A stretch of DNA of 42,142 nt from Candidatus Limnocylindrales bacterium (lineage in GTDB: Bacteria; Eisenbacteria; RBG-16-71-46; SZUA-252), in assembly GCA_035300625.1 (NCBI GenBank), contig DATGVG010000056.1:1-42142 (forward strand). The letters run 5' to 3'. The position numbers and the translations under genes were made by a program. Positions 18,273 through 26,623 of this stretch are shown in pieces (the stretch's first letter is position 1; every line of letters begins with the position of its first letter). A model generated the notes under the pieces. It saw only the letters and a program-made list of their open reading frames with translations. It was not told where the DNA came from and did no database searches.

Positions 18273-19439
18273 ATGGCCCGCATTCCGCTGATCTACAACG
18301 TACGAAACCTCGGCCAACGGCGCGTCAGCACGGCGCTCACCGCTCTGGGAATCGCGCTGGTGGCGTGGGTCTTCATCTTCACCCTGGCGCTGGCCGGCGG
18401 CTTCCAATCCGCGCTTCAGGCGACGGGCTCGCGCGACAACGCCATCATCGTCCGGAACGGATCGACCGCCGAGCTGACCAGCATCATCACCCGCGACGTC
18501 GCGGCCGCAGTGGAGAGCCAACCCGAGATCGCGAGGGCCCCCGACGGGAGGCCGCTCGCGACCGCCGAGCTGGTCGTGGTCTGGAACCTGCCCCGGAAAT
18601 CGGGCACCACCACCAACGTCGTCGTGCGCGGAGTGGGACCGAAGTCGGCCGCGCTCCGGTCCAAGGTCCATCTCGCGGCGGGGCGCATGTTCCGTCCCGG
18701 CCTGGACGAGGTCGTCGTGGGCAAGATGGTGGCCGAGCGCTTCCAGAACTGCTCCGTGGGCGACCATCTGAAGCTGTCCGGGCGGGACTGGAACGTGGTC
18801 GGCGTCTTCGACGCGGGAGGCACCGGGTACGACTCCGAGATCTGGGGCGACGTCGAGCTGTTCATGCCGGTCTTCGACCGACCCGTCTATCAGAGCGTCA
18901 TCCTGCGCCTGGGCGACAACTCGCACTTCGCGGCCTTGAAGAAGCGCCTGGAATCCGACCCGCGCATGAGCGTCACCGTCCACCGCGAGGACCAGTTCTA
19001 CGCCGCGCAGGCCGGCGCCCTCGCCGGGCTGCTCCGCTCGCTCGGCATCTTCGTGACGCTGATCATGGCGCTCGGCGCCGTGTTCGGCGCCCTGAACACC
19101 ATGTACGCGTCCGTCGGCGCTCGCACCAAGGAGATCGGCACCCTCCGCGCCATCGGCTTCAGCGGCGGCTCCGTGCTGCTCTCGATCCTCGTCGAGTCCA
19201 CGCTGCTGGCGCTCCTGGGCGGCGCGATCGGCTGCCTCCTCGCGCTCCCCGTCCGGAACTTCACCACCGGGACCATGAGCTTCACCTCGTTCAGCGAGCT
19301 GGCGTTCCGCTTCGCCGTCACGCCGGGGATGCTGCTCTCAGGGATGATCTTCGCGGGAGCGATGGGGCTGGTGGGCGGGTTCTTTCCGGCACGGAAAGCG
19401 GCTTCGATGCCTGTGGTTGAGGCGTTGCGGCAGGCTTAG
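18273..19439 (+). CDS. ABC transporter permease (second MacB_PCD plus FtsX paralog)
   Basis: Same architecture as the preceding gene (GARTKEIGTLRAIGFS...AMGLVGGFFPARKAA). Confidence 0.85.
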   Translation: MARIPLIYNVRNLGQRRVSTALTALGIALVAWVFIFTLALAGGFQSALQATGSRDNAIIVRNGSTAELTSIITRDVAAAVESQPEIARAPDGRPLATAELVVVWNLPRKSGTTTNVVVRGVGPKSAALRSKVHLAAGRMFRPGLDEVVVGKMVAERFQNCSVGDHLKLSGRDWNVVGVFDAGGTGYDSEIWGDVELFMPVFDRPVYQSVILRLGDNSHFAALKKRLESDPRMSVTVHREDQFYAAQAGALAGLLRSLGIFVTLIMALGAVFGALNTMYASVGARTKEIGTLRAIGFSGGSVLLSILVESTLLALLGGAIGCLLALPVRNFTTGTMSFTSFSELAFRFAVTPGMLLSGMIFAGAMGLVGGFFPARKAASMPVVEALRQA

Positions 19440-19480
19440 CGCCGTGGTGACGGATAGCAGCCGAGCGCTACGCGGACAGA

Positions 19481-19550
19481 AGGCGGAAAAATCAATCCGT
19501 GGGACTCCGACTACGACGACCATTCGCCCCACGGATTGATTTTTCCGCCT
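19481..19550. repeat. Perfect 23-bp inverted repeat (long hairpin), AT-rich relative to its surroundings
   Basis: AGGCGGAAAAATCAATCCGTGGG (19481-19503) and its exact reverse complement CCCACGGATTGATTTTTCCGCCT (19528-19550) are separated by a 24-nt loop. The element starts 42 nt after the permease stop. Confidence 0.85.
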
Positions 19551-19735
19551 CCCTCATCCCCTAGGGTTCCACCCACCCCCCTTATTTTGTGTTGAGTACA
19601 TCGATGTCGAGGCTAGGAACCACGGCGCTGACTCCCTCAACACCAGAAGTGGTGGTGGTGGATGTAAGAGTGAACGAGAACCCGTCGCCGCCGTTTGTTG
19701 GACGCGTGGGGAGGAATGCGTAGGGGGCCTTCGCA

Positions 19736-19763
19736 GGAACTGCTCTGCTCGCAGAGCAGTTCC
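19736..19763. repeat. Perfect 28-bp palindrome (possible operator or hairpin)
   Basis: GGAACTGCTCTGC-TC-GCAGAGCAGTTCC, about 130 nt upstream of the hemC-like ATG. Confidence 0.8.
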
Positions 19764-19893
19764 GAGAACAGCCCCCGGAGCGTTGCCTCCCCACGCGCCA
19801 AACCCGCGTAGCGCCCGGTTCCCATGCAAGCCCACGCGCGAAGGGGGCGCCCCCCTAGACCCAAAGCCCCCCAAGTGCTAGCCTCGCCCTCCC

Positions 19894-20796
19894 ATGACCG
19901 CGCACACGATACGCATCGGAGTCCGAGGTAACCGCCTCGGCCTCTCCATCGGCCAGCAGACGCTGGAAGCACTTCGCCCGCATCTGGGCGGCGCGACCAC
20001 GGAGGTCGTGCCGATCGCCGATCCGGGGCTGCGCCCGTCCTCGCCGTGGCCGGGCGGCGCCCTGGAGCGCGCGCTCGCCCAGGGCGACGTGCAGATGGTG
20101 ATCCAGAACGCCAAGGACGCCTCGCCGGCAGCGACCGGGATCACGATCGCCGCGGTCACCGCGCGCTTCACGCCCTTCGACGTCCTGATCGCGCCCGACA
20201 GCGCGATCCTGGACGAGCTGCCCATGGGGGCGGCGCTCTCGGCGCACACGGCTCTCCGCCGCGCCCAGCTCCTCAACTACAGGGACGATTTCCGCATCGT
20301 CGATTTCGCGGGAAGCCTGGAGGAGCGGATCCGCATGCTCGAGGAGGGCGACGTGGACGGGCTGATCGTCTCCGCCTCCGCGGTGGAGCACCTGGGTCTA
20401 CAAGACCGCGTCACGGAGATCTTCACCACGGCGGTCCTGATCCCGGCTCCGGGACAGGGCTCGACCATCATCCAGGTCCGCACCGGCGAGAAGGAGCTGA
20501 TCAAGGCGGCCAAGCACGTGAACGACGCCGACGCGCGAGCCGAGTTCGACGCGGAGCGCGCCTTCTTCAAGGCGCTGGGCGCGGATTCGCGGGCACCGGT
20601 CGGCGCCCTGGCCCAGGGGGACGGCGCCTCGCTCCGCCTGGAGGGAGTCATCGCCGAACGGGACGGGGCCCGCCTGTTCCGCGACTTCGAGATCGGCGGC
20701 ACCGGCTCGGCCGCAGCGATGGGAGAACGGCTGGCGAAGAAGCTCCTCGCGGAAGGGGGGCGCCGCGCCCTCGCGACCGCGGACCTCGAGCAGTAG
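19894..20796 (+). CDS. Hydroxymethylbilane synthase (porphobilinogen deaminase)-like protein, atypical
   Basis: Colinear with HemC (IRIGVRGN, NAKD, HTALRR, PAPGQGS, AERAF...). It has Ser where the cofactor Cys is expected (LGADSRAPVG versus LEGGCQVPIG) and a shortened domain-1 loop. Confidence 0.7.
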   Translation: MTAHTIRIGVRGNRLGLSIGQQTLEALRPHLGGATTEVVPIADPGLRPSSPWPGGALERALAQGDVQMVIQNAKDASPAATGITIAAVTARFTPFDVLIAPDSAILDELPMGAALSAHTALRRAQLLNYRDDFRIVDFAGSLEERIRMLEEGDVDGLIVSASAVEHLGLQDRVTEIFTTAVLIPAPGQGSTIIQVRTGEKELIKAAKHVNDADARAEFDAERAFFKALGADSRAPVGALAQGDGASLRLEGVIAERDGARLFRDFEIGGTGSAAAMGERLAKKLLAEGGRRALATADLEQ

Positions 20797-20798
20797 TC

Positions 20799-22073
20799 AT
20801 GCTGGATGCCAGGCGGATCCGCACCGAACAGTCCCTGGTCGAAGAGGCCATCCGGTTCAAGAAGGTCCCCGTCAACCTCGCGCGGTACCTCGAGTGCGAC
20901 GAGAAGCGGCGTGAGCTGTTGGTCAAGGCCGAGTCGCTGAAGCACCGCCGGAACGAGGCCTCGGAGGCGATCGGGAAGAAGAAGAAGAGCGGCGAGGACG
21001 CCTCCACGGCCATCGCCGAGATGAAGGGCGTCGGCGACGAGATCAAGGCGCTCGACTCGCAGCTGGCCCAGGTGGACGCCGAGCTCCTCCGGCTGGTTTC
21101 CTGGATCCCCAACGTGCTCCACGAATCGGTCCCGCGCGCCGAGGCCGACGGCAATCGCGTCGTCCGCGCCGTGGGCGAGCCGAAGAAGTTTCCCTTTCCC
21201 GCCAAGCCGCACTGGGAGCTGGCGACTTCATTGGGGCTGCTCGACTTCGAGCGCGCCGGGAAAGTCGCGGGCGGCGGCTTCCTCCTGTTCACGGGGAAGG
21301 GGGCGCGCCTGGAGCGGGCGCTCATCAACTTCATGATCGACCTGCACGCGCGCGACCACGGCTACACCGAGGTATGGCCGCCGCATCTCGTCCGCGCGGA
21401 GTGCCTCCACGCGACCGGCCAGCTTCCGAAGCTGGCCGAGGACATGTACCACCTGGCCGACGACGACCTGTACTTGAACCCGACTGCCGAGGTGCCGATC
21501 ACCAATATCTACCGCGAGGAGATCCTGGACGGCGCGCGGCTGCCGATCCGCCACGTCGGCTATTGCGCCAGCTACCGCCGCGAGGCGGGGAGCTACGGCC
21601 GCGAGACCCGCGGCATGGTCCGGGTGCACCAGTTCGACAAGGTCGAGCTGGTGAAGATCGTTCGCCCCGAGACGAGCTACGACGAGCACGAGTCCCTCCT
21701 CCGGGACGCGGAGGACGTGCTCCGGACCCTGGGGCTCGCCTACCGCGTCGTGCTCCTGGCCGCCGGGGACCTCTCCTTCGCCGCGAGCAAGTGCTACGAC
21801 CTGGAGACGTGGGCGCCGGGTGAGGGGCGCTGGCTGGAGGTTTCCTCGTGCAGCAATTTCGAGGACTTCCAGGCGCGACGCGCCGGCATCCGCTACCGAA
21901 ACGAGAAGACAGGGAAGGCCGAGCTGGCGCACACGCTGAACGCCTCGGGCCTGGCCCTGCCGCGCACGTTCGCCACGCTGATCGAGGCCTGCCAGACGGA
22001 GCGCGGGACGGTGGTCCTTCCGGAGCCGCTCGTCCCCTATATGGGCGGAGTGCGCGAGCTGACCCCCGGCTAG
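20799..22073 (+). CDS. serS: Seryl-tRNA synthetase
   Basis: Start at internal ATG MLDARRIRTE. It has the N-terminal coiled-coil arm and class II motifs (FLLFTGKGARLERALINFM; YRREAGSYGRETRGMVRVHQFDKVE; TLNASGLALPRT). Confidence 0.95.
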   Translation: MLDARRIRTEQSLVEEAIRFKKVPVNLARYLECDEKRRELLVKAESLKHRRNEASEAIGKKKKSGEDASTAIAEMKGVGDEIKALDSQLAQVDAELLRLVSWIPNVLHESVPRAEADGNRVVRAVGEPKKFPFPAKPHWELATSLGLLDFERAGKVAGGGFLLFTGKGARLERALINFMIDLHARDHGYTEVWPPHLVRAECLHATGQLPKLAEDMYHLADDDLYLNPTAEVPITNIYREEILDGARLPIRHVGYCASYRREAGSYGRETRGMVRVHQFDKVELVKIVRPETSYDEHESLLRDAEDVLRTLGLAYRVVLLAAGDLSFAASKCYDLETWAPGEGRWLEVSSCSNFEDFQARRAGIRYRNEKTGKAELAHTLNASGLALPRTFATLIEACQTERGTVVLPEPLVPYMGGVRELTPG

Positions 22074-22083
22074 GCGGCCGACG

Positions 22084-23382
22084 ATGGCGCGCCCGAGCGA
22101 AGCCCTCCGGAGCTACCGCCCCTCCTACAAGGTCTACCTCTTCCTCGCCATGGTCGTCCTGAGCATGGCGCTGGTGGCGCACTCCCACTTCGTGATCCGC
22201 CGCCTGAACGAAGAGGCGCGCAGCCTGAGCACGGTGCTCGCGCGCTTCGTCGCTGTCTCCACGTTCGAGGCGGCGGAAGAGCCCGCGCTCCGCGCCATCT
22301 TCCGGGACGTGATCCGGAACATCAATTTCCCTGTGATCCTGACCGACACGCGCGGCCTGCCGCGCGCGTGGAAGGGGATCGGCATCGAGCCGTCCGCCGT
22401 CCCGGATTCGGTCCTGGCCCGGGCCGACGCGACCGGGGTGGTGCCGGCATCCGTGACGCGCATCCGCGAGATCGCGGCGCGGCTGGACCGGGTGAACCGG
22501 CCCATCGAGGTCGTGCGGCTGGGGCGCCCCGACGTCCTGGGCTACGTCCACTACGGCGAGCCCCCGCTGGTCGCCCAGCTCCGCTGGATTCCGTACATCG
22601 AGTTCGCGGGGATCTTCCTACTCCTGGTCTTTGGATTTGCGGGCTACCGCGGTCTCATGACGGGCGAGCAGCGCTCGCTGTGGGCCGGGCTGGCCAAGGA
22701 GACCGCGCACCAGCTGGGCACCCCGCTCTCGTCGTTGATGGGATGGACCGCGCTCCTTCGCGAGGGGAACCGGGAGGGTCGCCTGGACCCCCCGCGGGTC
22801 GAGGAGCTGACCGCGGAGATGGACCGCGACCTGGACCGCCTCCACCGGGTGGTGAACCGCTTCGCGCAGGTGGGCGCCACGCCGGTCCTCACCGAGGGGG
22901 ACCTGACCCGCACGGTCGGCGACACGGTTTCCTACATCCGGAGCCGCCTGCCGACCCTGGGGCGCGAGGTGACCATCGAGGAGCGCTACGAGGCGATCCC
23001 TCCGGTGCGCTTCCACAAGGAGCTGATGGCGTGGGTGGTCGAGAACCTCCTCAAGAACGCGCTGGACGCGGCGGACAAGCCGGACGCCCGGATCGAGGTC
23101 GCGCTTCTCTGGAAGCGTGACGAGCGGGCGGTGGAGTTGCGCGTGAGCGACAACGGCCACGGCATGACCCCCGACGAAAGGCGACGCGCGTTCCACGCGG
23201 GATTCAGCACCAAGCGGCGCGGCTGGGGACTGGGCCTGGCGCTTGCGACCCGCGTGGTGCGCGAGTATCATCGGGGGCGGATCTCCATCGTGGAGAGCGC
23301 GCCCGGACGCGGCACCACCGTCGCCGTGGCGCTTCCGGTCCCGCCGAAGCCCCGTCCCGCGGCGCCCCCATCCCGAGCCTGA
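22084..23382 (+). CDS. Sensor histidine kinase (two TM helices, periplasmic sensor, DHp plus HATPase)
   Basis: H-box ETAHQLGTPLSSLMGW, N-box NLLKNALDA, and G-boxes DNGHGM / GWGLGLA. Confidence 0.85.
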   Translation: MARPSEALRSYRPSYKVYLFLAMVVLSMALVAHSHFVIRRLNEEARSLSTVLARFVAVSTFEAAEEPALRAIFRDVIRNINFPVILTDTRGLPRAWKGIGIEPSAVPDSVLARADATGVVPASVTRIREIAARLDRVNRPIEVVRLGRPDVLGYVHYGEPPLVAQLRWIPYIEFAGIFLLLVFGFAGYRGLMTGEQRSLWAGLAKETAHQLGTPLSSLMGWTALLREGNREGRLDPPRVEELTAEMDRDLDRLHRVVNRFAQVGATPVLTEGDLTRTVGDTVSYIRSRLPTLGREVTIEERYEAIPPVRFHKELMAWVVENLLKNALDAADKPDARIEVALLWKRDERAVELRVSDNGHGMTPDERRRAFHAGFSTKRRGWGLGLALATRVVREYHRGRISIVESAPGRGTTVAVALPVPPKPRPAAPPSRA

Positions 23383-23395
23383 CCCGAGTCCAGGA

Positions 23396-24955
23396 ATGAG
23401 CCCCATCGAGCGGAAGATCCTCTGGGCCGACGACGAGATCGAGCTCTTGCGGCCGCACATTCTTCTCCTCGAGGAGAAGGGGTACCGCGTCACGTCCGTG
23501 ACCAACGGTAACGACGCCGTGGCCTGCGCGGCGCGCGAGCGTTTCGACGCGGTGCTCCTGGACGAAACGATGCCGGGGATGGGCGGGCTGGCCACGCTGG
23601 AGGCGATCAAGGAGCACAATCCCTCCATCCCCATCGTGCTGGTCACCAAGAACGAAGCCGAGTCGCTCATGGACGACGCGATCGGGCGGCGCATCGACGA
23701 CTTCCTCTTGAAGCCCGTCCGGCCCACCCAGATCTTCCTGGCGCTGAAGCGGCTGTTGGAGTCGGACCGGCTTCAAGAGAGCCGCCGCGCCCGCGACTAC
23801 GTCGCGGAGCTGGCGCGGCTCCGCGTCGAATCGGCGGGCGGGCTGGACTGGCGCGGATGGGTGGATCTGTACGGGCGAAGCGCACAGTGGGACGTCGAGC
23901 TGGACGCGGTGGACGACGAGGGGCTGAAGCAGGCGCAGGCCGACCAGCGCCGGGAGCTGAACGTGGAGTTCTCGCAGCTGGTCGAGGCCTCGTACGAGCG
24001 GTGGTCGCACGGCGACGGCGCCCCGCCGCTCTCGACCGACGTGGTGTCCCGTTGGGTCGCGCCGCATCTCCGCGCCGGGCGCCGGGTCACCCTCATCGTG
24101 ATCGACTGCATGCGCCTGGATCAGTGGCTGACGGTCGAGCCCCTGATCCGGCCCTTCTTCGACGTCGCGCTGGAGCACCACGTCTCGATCCTCCCCACCG
24201 CCACTCCCTACTCGCGGAACGCGATCTTCTCCGGGCTCTTTCCCGAGGAGATCCACCGGCAGCATCCGGAGTACTGGCAGGAGGCGTCGAGCGACGAGCG
24301 GAGCAGGAACCGCTACGAGCGGCAGCTCCTGGACCATCAGCTCGCCCGGCTGGATCTGAAGATGAAGCCCGCGAAATACTTGAAAGTCTACAACGCCGAG
24401 GAAGCGAACAACGTGCGCCGGAACATCGGGACGCTCAAAGAGTCGCCGCTGGTGGCCATCGTCTTCAACTTCCTGGACATGCTGGCGCACGGGCGCTCGG
24501 AATCGGATCTGCTCAAAGAGCTGGCCCCCGACGAGTCGGCCTTCCGCTCGGTCATGCGCTCGTGGTTCCTCCACTCGGCGCTATTCGAGGCGCTCAAGTG
24601 GCTCTCGAAGCAGGACGGCCTGGTGGTCGTGACCACCGACCACGGCGCGGTGCTCAGCCGCCGCTCGGCCCTGGTGTACGGAAACCGGGAGACCTCCACC
24701 AATCTCCGCTTCAAGTTCGGCACCAATCTCTCGGGCGAGGCGCGCCAGGCCGTCCACGTGAAGGACCCCGCGCGCTTCCGCCTGCCCGCCGAGGCGATGC
24801 ACAAGAGCTACATCATCGCGAAGGAGGACTTCTACTTCGTCTATCCCACCCGGTTTCACGAGTACGAGAACAAGTACCGGGGTTCCTTCCAGCACGGGGG
24901 GATCTCCCTCGAGGAGATGATCCTTCCCGTCGCCACGCTGACGCCGCGAGGATGA
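23396..24955 (+). CDS. Response regulator with receiver domain fused to a PglZ (alkaline-phosphatase superfamily) domain, PorX-like
   Basis: Start at ATG MSPIERKILWADDE. Receiver motifs are present (DAVLLDETMPGMGG, LVTK). The C-terminal part has the PglZ-like pattern (LIVIDCMRLDQW...TATPYSRNAIFSG...DMLAHG...TTDHG...GGISLEEMILP). Confidence 0.8.
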   Translation: MSPIERKILWADDEIELLRPHILLLEEKGYRVTSVTNGNDAVACAARERFDAVLLDETMPGMGGLATLEAIKEHNPSIPIVLVTKNEAESLMDDAIGRRIDDFLLKPVRPTQIFLALKRLLESDRLQESRRARDYVAELARLRVESAGGLDWRGWVDLYGRSAQWDVELDAVDDEGLKQAQADQRRELNVEFSQLVEASYERWSHGDGAPPLSTDVVSRWVAPHLRAGRRVTLIVIDCMRLDQWLTVEPLIRPFFDVALEHHVSILPTATPYSRNAIFSGLFPEEIHRQHPEYWQEASSDERSRNRYERQLLDHQLARLDLKMKPAKYLKVYNAEEANNVRRNIGTLKESPLVAIVFNFLDMLAHGRSESDLLKELAPDESAFRSVMRSWFLHSALFEALKWLSKQDGLVVVTTDHGAVLSRRSALVYGNRETSTNLRFKFGTNLSGEARQAVHVKDPARFRLPAEAMHKSYIIAKEDFYFVYPTRFHEYENKYRGSFQHGGISLEEMILPVATLTPRG

Positions 24956-24959
24956 GCCG

Positions 24960-25463
24960 ATGAGCGTCGAGATCCGCTCCCTGCTCCACAACGAGGGGGA
25001 GACGCGCGCGTTCGGGCACCATCTCGGGACGCTGCTCCGCCGCGGCGACTGGGTCGCCCTGATCGGCACTCTGGGCTCGGGGAAGACGACGCTGGTGCAG
25101 GGGATCGTGGACGGCGTCCACCCCGGGCGGCGGGGGAGAAGCCCCACGTACGTGATGGTCGAGGTCTACGGAGAGGGGCCGCGGATCGTGCACGCGGATC
25201 TCTACCGGATGGCCCGCCCGGCCGAGATCGAAACGCTAGGGCTCACGGATCTGGCCGAAGGGGACGCCGTGGTGCTGGTGGAATGGGCGGACCGGGCGCT
25301 GGAGCATCTGCCCGAGGACCGCCTGGAGCTGGACCTGCGCTACGTGCCCGAGGGCGGGCGCGAGATCCGCATCCGTCCGCGCGGCCCGCGTTGGGAGGAC
25401 GTGGCGCGCGAGGGACACCTCGACCGCGACCACTGGAGCCATGCGCTCTATCCTCGGGATTGA
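24960..25463 (+). CDS. tsaE: tRNA t6A37 biosynthesis ATPase TsaE
   Basis: Motifs LIGTLGSGKTTLVQGI, SPTYVMVEVY, HADLYR and LVEWADR. Confidence 0.85.
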   Translation: MSVEIRSLLHNEGETRAFGHHLGTLLRRGDWVALIGTLGSGKTTLVQGIVDGVHPGRRGRSPTYVMVEVYGEGPRIVHADLYRMARPAEIETLGLTDLAEGDAVVLVEWADRALEHLPEDRLELDLRYVPEGGREIRIRPRGPRWEDVAREGHLDRDHWSHALYPRD

Positions 25464-26112
25464 CACCGCGGGCGCGCGCGGCTCGGTCGCGATCGCCCGG
25501 GACGGGCGCGCGGGCCAATCCACGCCCCTCCCCGCGGGCGGACACTCGAGCGGACTCGCCGCCGCGGTCGAGCGTCTCCTCACGGCCGGCGGCATCGGGG
25601 TGCGAGACCTGGCCGGGATCGCGGTCTCCGAGGGGCCGGGCTCGTTCACCGGGCTTCGAATCGGCCTTGCCTGGGCGAAGGGAGCCGCGATCGGCGGGGG
25701 CGTGCCGCTTCTGCTGATCCCGGCGCACGAGGCCATGGCCCACGCGTCGCGCGCCTTGGCACCGCGCTTCGCCACCGTCACGCAGGGAGAGCGCGGGCGG
25801 GCGACCGCCGCGCTCTGGACCCACGAGGGAGGGACGCGGCTCATCTGGGGCCCGGAGAGCGTGCCGGAGGACGAGCTGATGGAGCGATTGCGCGAGGAAG
25901 CGAAGGGCGACGTCCCCGTCGCCGCGGCCACGGAATCCCTGGAGGAGCTGGTGCAGGACCTGGGCGGAACCCTTCTCGAAGCGATTCCTCTCGCGCCCGC
26001 GATCGCGGAATTGGGGGACCGCGCCCTGGCCGAAAAGCGGGTGGCCGATCCCCGGGAGGCGGCGCCGGTCTACGGGCGCGCTCCCAACGCACGGAAGCCC
26101 GCGGCGCGATGA
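25441..26112 (+). CDS. tsaB: tRNA t6A37 biosynthesis protein TsaB
   Basis: ILGIDTAG...GHSSGL...IAVSEGPGSFTGLRIGLAWAKG is the YeaZ/TsaB pattern. The gene overlaps tsaE by 23 nt. Confidence 0.85.
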   Translation: MRSILGIDTAGARGSVAIARDGRAGQSTPLPAGGHSSGLAAAVERLLTAGGIGVRDLAGIAVSEGPGSFTGLRIGLAWAKGAAIGGGVPLLLIPAHEAMAHASRALAPRFATVTQGERGRATAALWTHEGGTRLIWGPESVPEDELMERLREEAKGDVPVAAATESLEELVQDLGGTLLEAIPLAPAIAELGDRALAEKRVADPREAAPVYGRAPNARKPAAR

Positions 26113-26137
26113 GCGCGGCCGCCCGACTGGAATCGCG

Positions 26138-26623
26138 ATGAGCGCGCTCGCCCGGCGCGGCGATCCCGTGCGGATCCTCCCCCTGACCACGGCGCGGCTG
26201 GACGAGGTGGTCGCCATCGAGCGGACCTCGTTCTCCGATCCCTGGTCCCACGAGATGTTCCGGTCCGAGCTGGAGGTGGGGGGCGGCACCTACGCGCGCT
26301 TCGCGGAGCGGGACGGCGTCCTGATCGGGTACCTGTTCGCGGTATTGATCGAGGACGAAGCGCACGTGGGGAACCTGGCGGTGGATCCGACCGAGCGGCG
26401 GTCGGGGGTGGGCCAGATGCTCCTGGACGACGTGATCCAGACGGCCCGGAGGGTGGGGGCCCGGCGGGTCACTCTGGAGGTTCGGGAATCGAATGAAAGC
26501 GCCCGTAAGTTCTATTATAAGAATGAGTTCATGGACGTCGCGATCCGAAAGAACTATTATCGGAACCCCGTCGAGGATGCTATTGTCATGCTCCTAAGGC
26601 TCCGGGAGGGACCGGGCGCATGA
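26138..26623 (+). CDS. rimI: Ribosomal-protein-alanine N-acetyltransferase
   Basis: GNAT fold with RimI-type motifs (IERTSFSDPWS, NLAVDPTERRSGVGQMLL, TLEVRESNESARKFY). Its position after tsaE-tsaB is a common arrangement. Confidence 0.85.
   Translation: MSALARRGDPVRILPLTTARLDEVVAIERTSFSDPWSHEMFRSELEVGGGTYARFAERDGVLIGYLFAVLIEDEAHVGNLAVDPTERRSGVGQMLLDDVIQTARRVGARRVTLEVRESNESARKFYYKNEFMDVAIRKNYYRNPVEDAIVMLLRLREGPGA

Noticed and set aside
19554-19874. Minus-strand ORFs of 106 aa and 70 aa (19582-19794) inside the non-coding island. The 70-aa one has a Thr-rich tail (FTLTSTTTTSGVEG) that briefly suggested a RiPP-like precursor next to the ABC exporter.
   Set aside because: There is no SD and no sensible start context. 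The N-terminal halves run through the palindromes and read as GC-rich non-coding sequence. No modifying-enzyme genes lie nearby. I kept this only as part of the non-coding island finding.
19440-19893. Checked the island for tRNA, tmRNA, RNase P RNA and SRP RNA hallmarks
   Set aside because: Neither strand has a GGTTCGA-type T-loop, a tmRNA 3' end or tag-like frame, the GAGGAAAGTCC P4 motif, or the SRP GGAAG/AGCA domain IV motif. If there is an ncRNA here, it is not one I can name by eye.
23396-24955. PglZ domain as a possible BREX or other phage-defence marker
   Set aside because: The PglZ domain is fused to a receiver domain and paired with a histidine kinase, which is the PorX-type architecture. 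No brxA/B/C, pglX or brxL genes are nearby.
26480-26600. Locally AT-rich patch near the end of rimI, considered as a possible foreign insert or internal promoter for accD
   Set aside because: It is explained by the amino-acid content of the conserved GNAT C-terminal segment (KFYYKNEFMDVAIRKNYY), with K/Y/N/F codons. The reading frame is intact, and I found no convincing -35/-10 pair.
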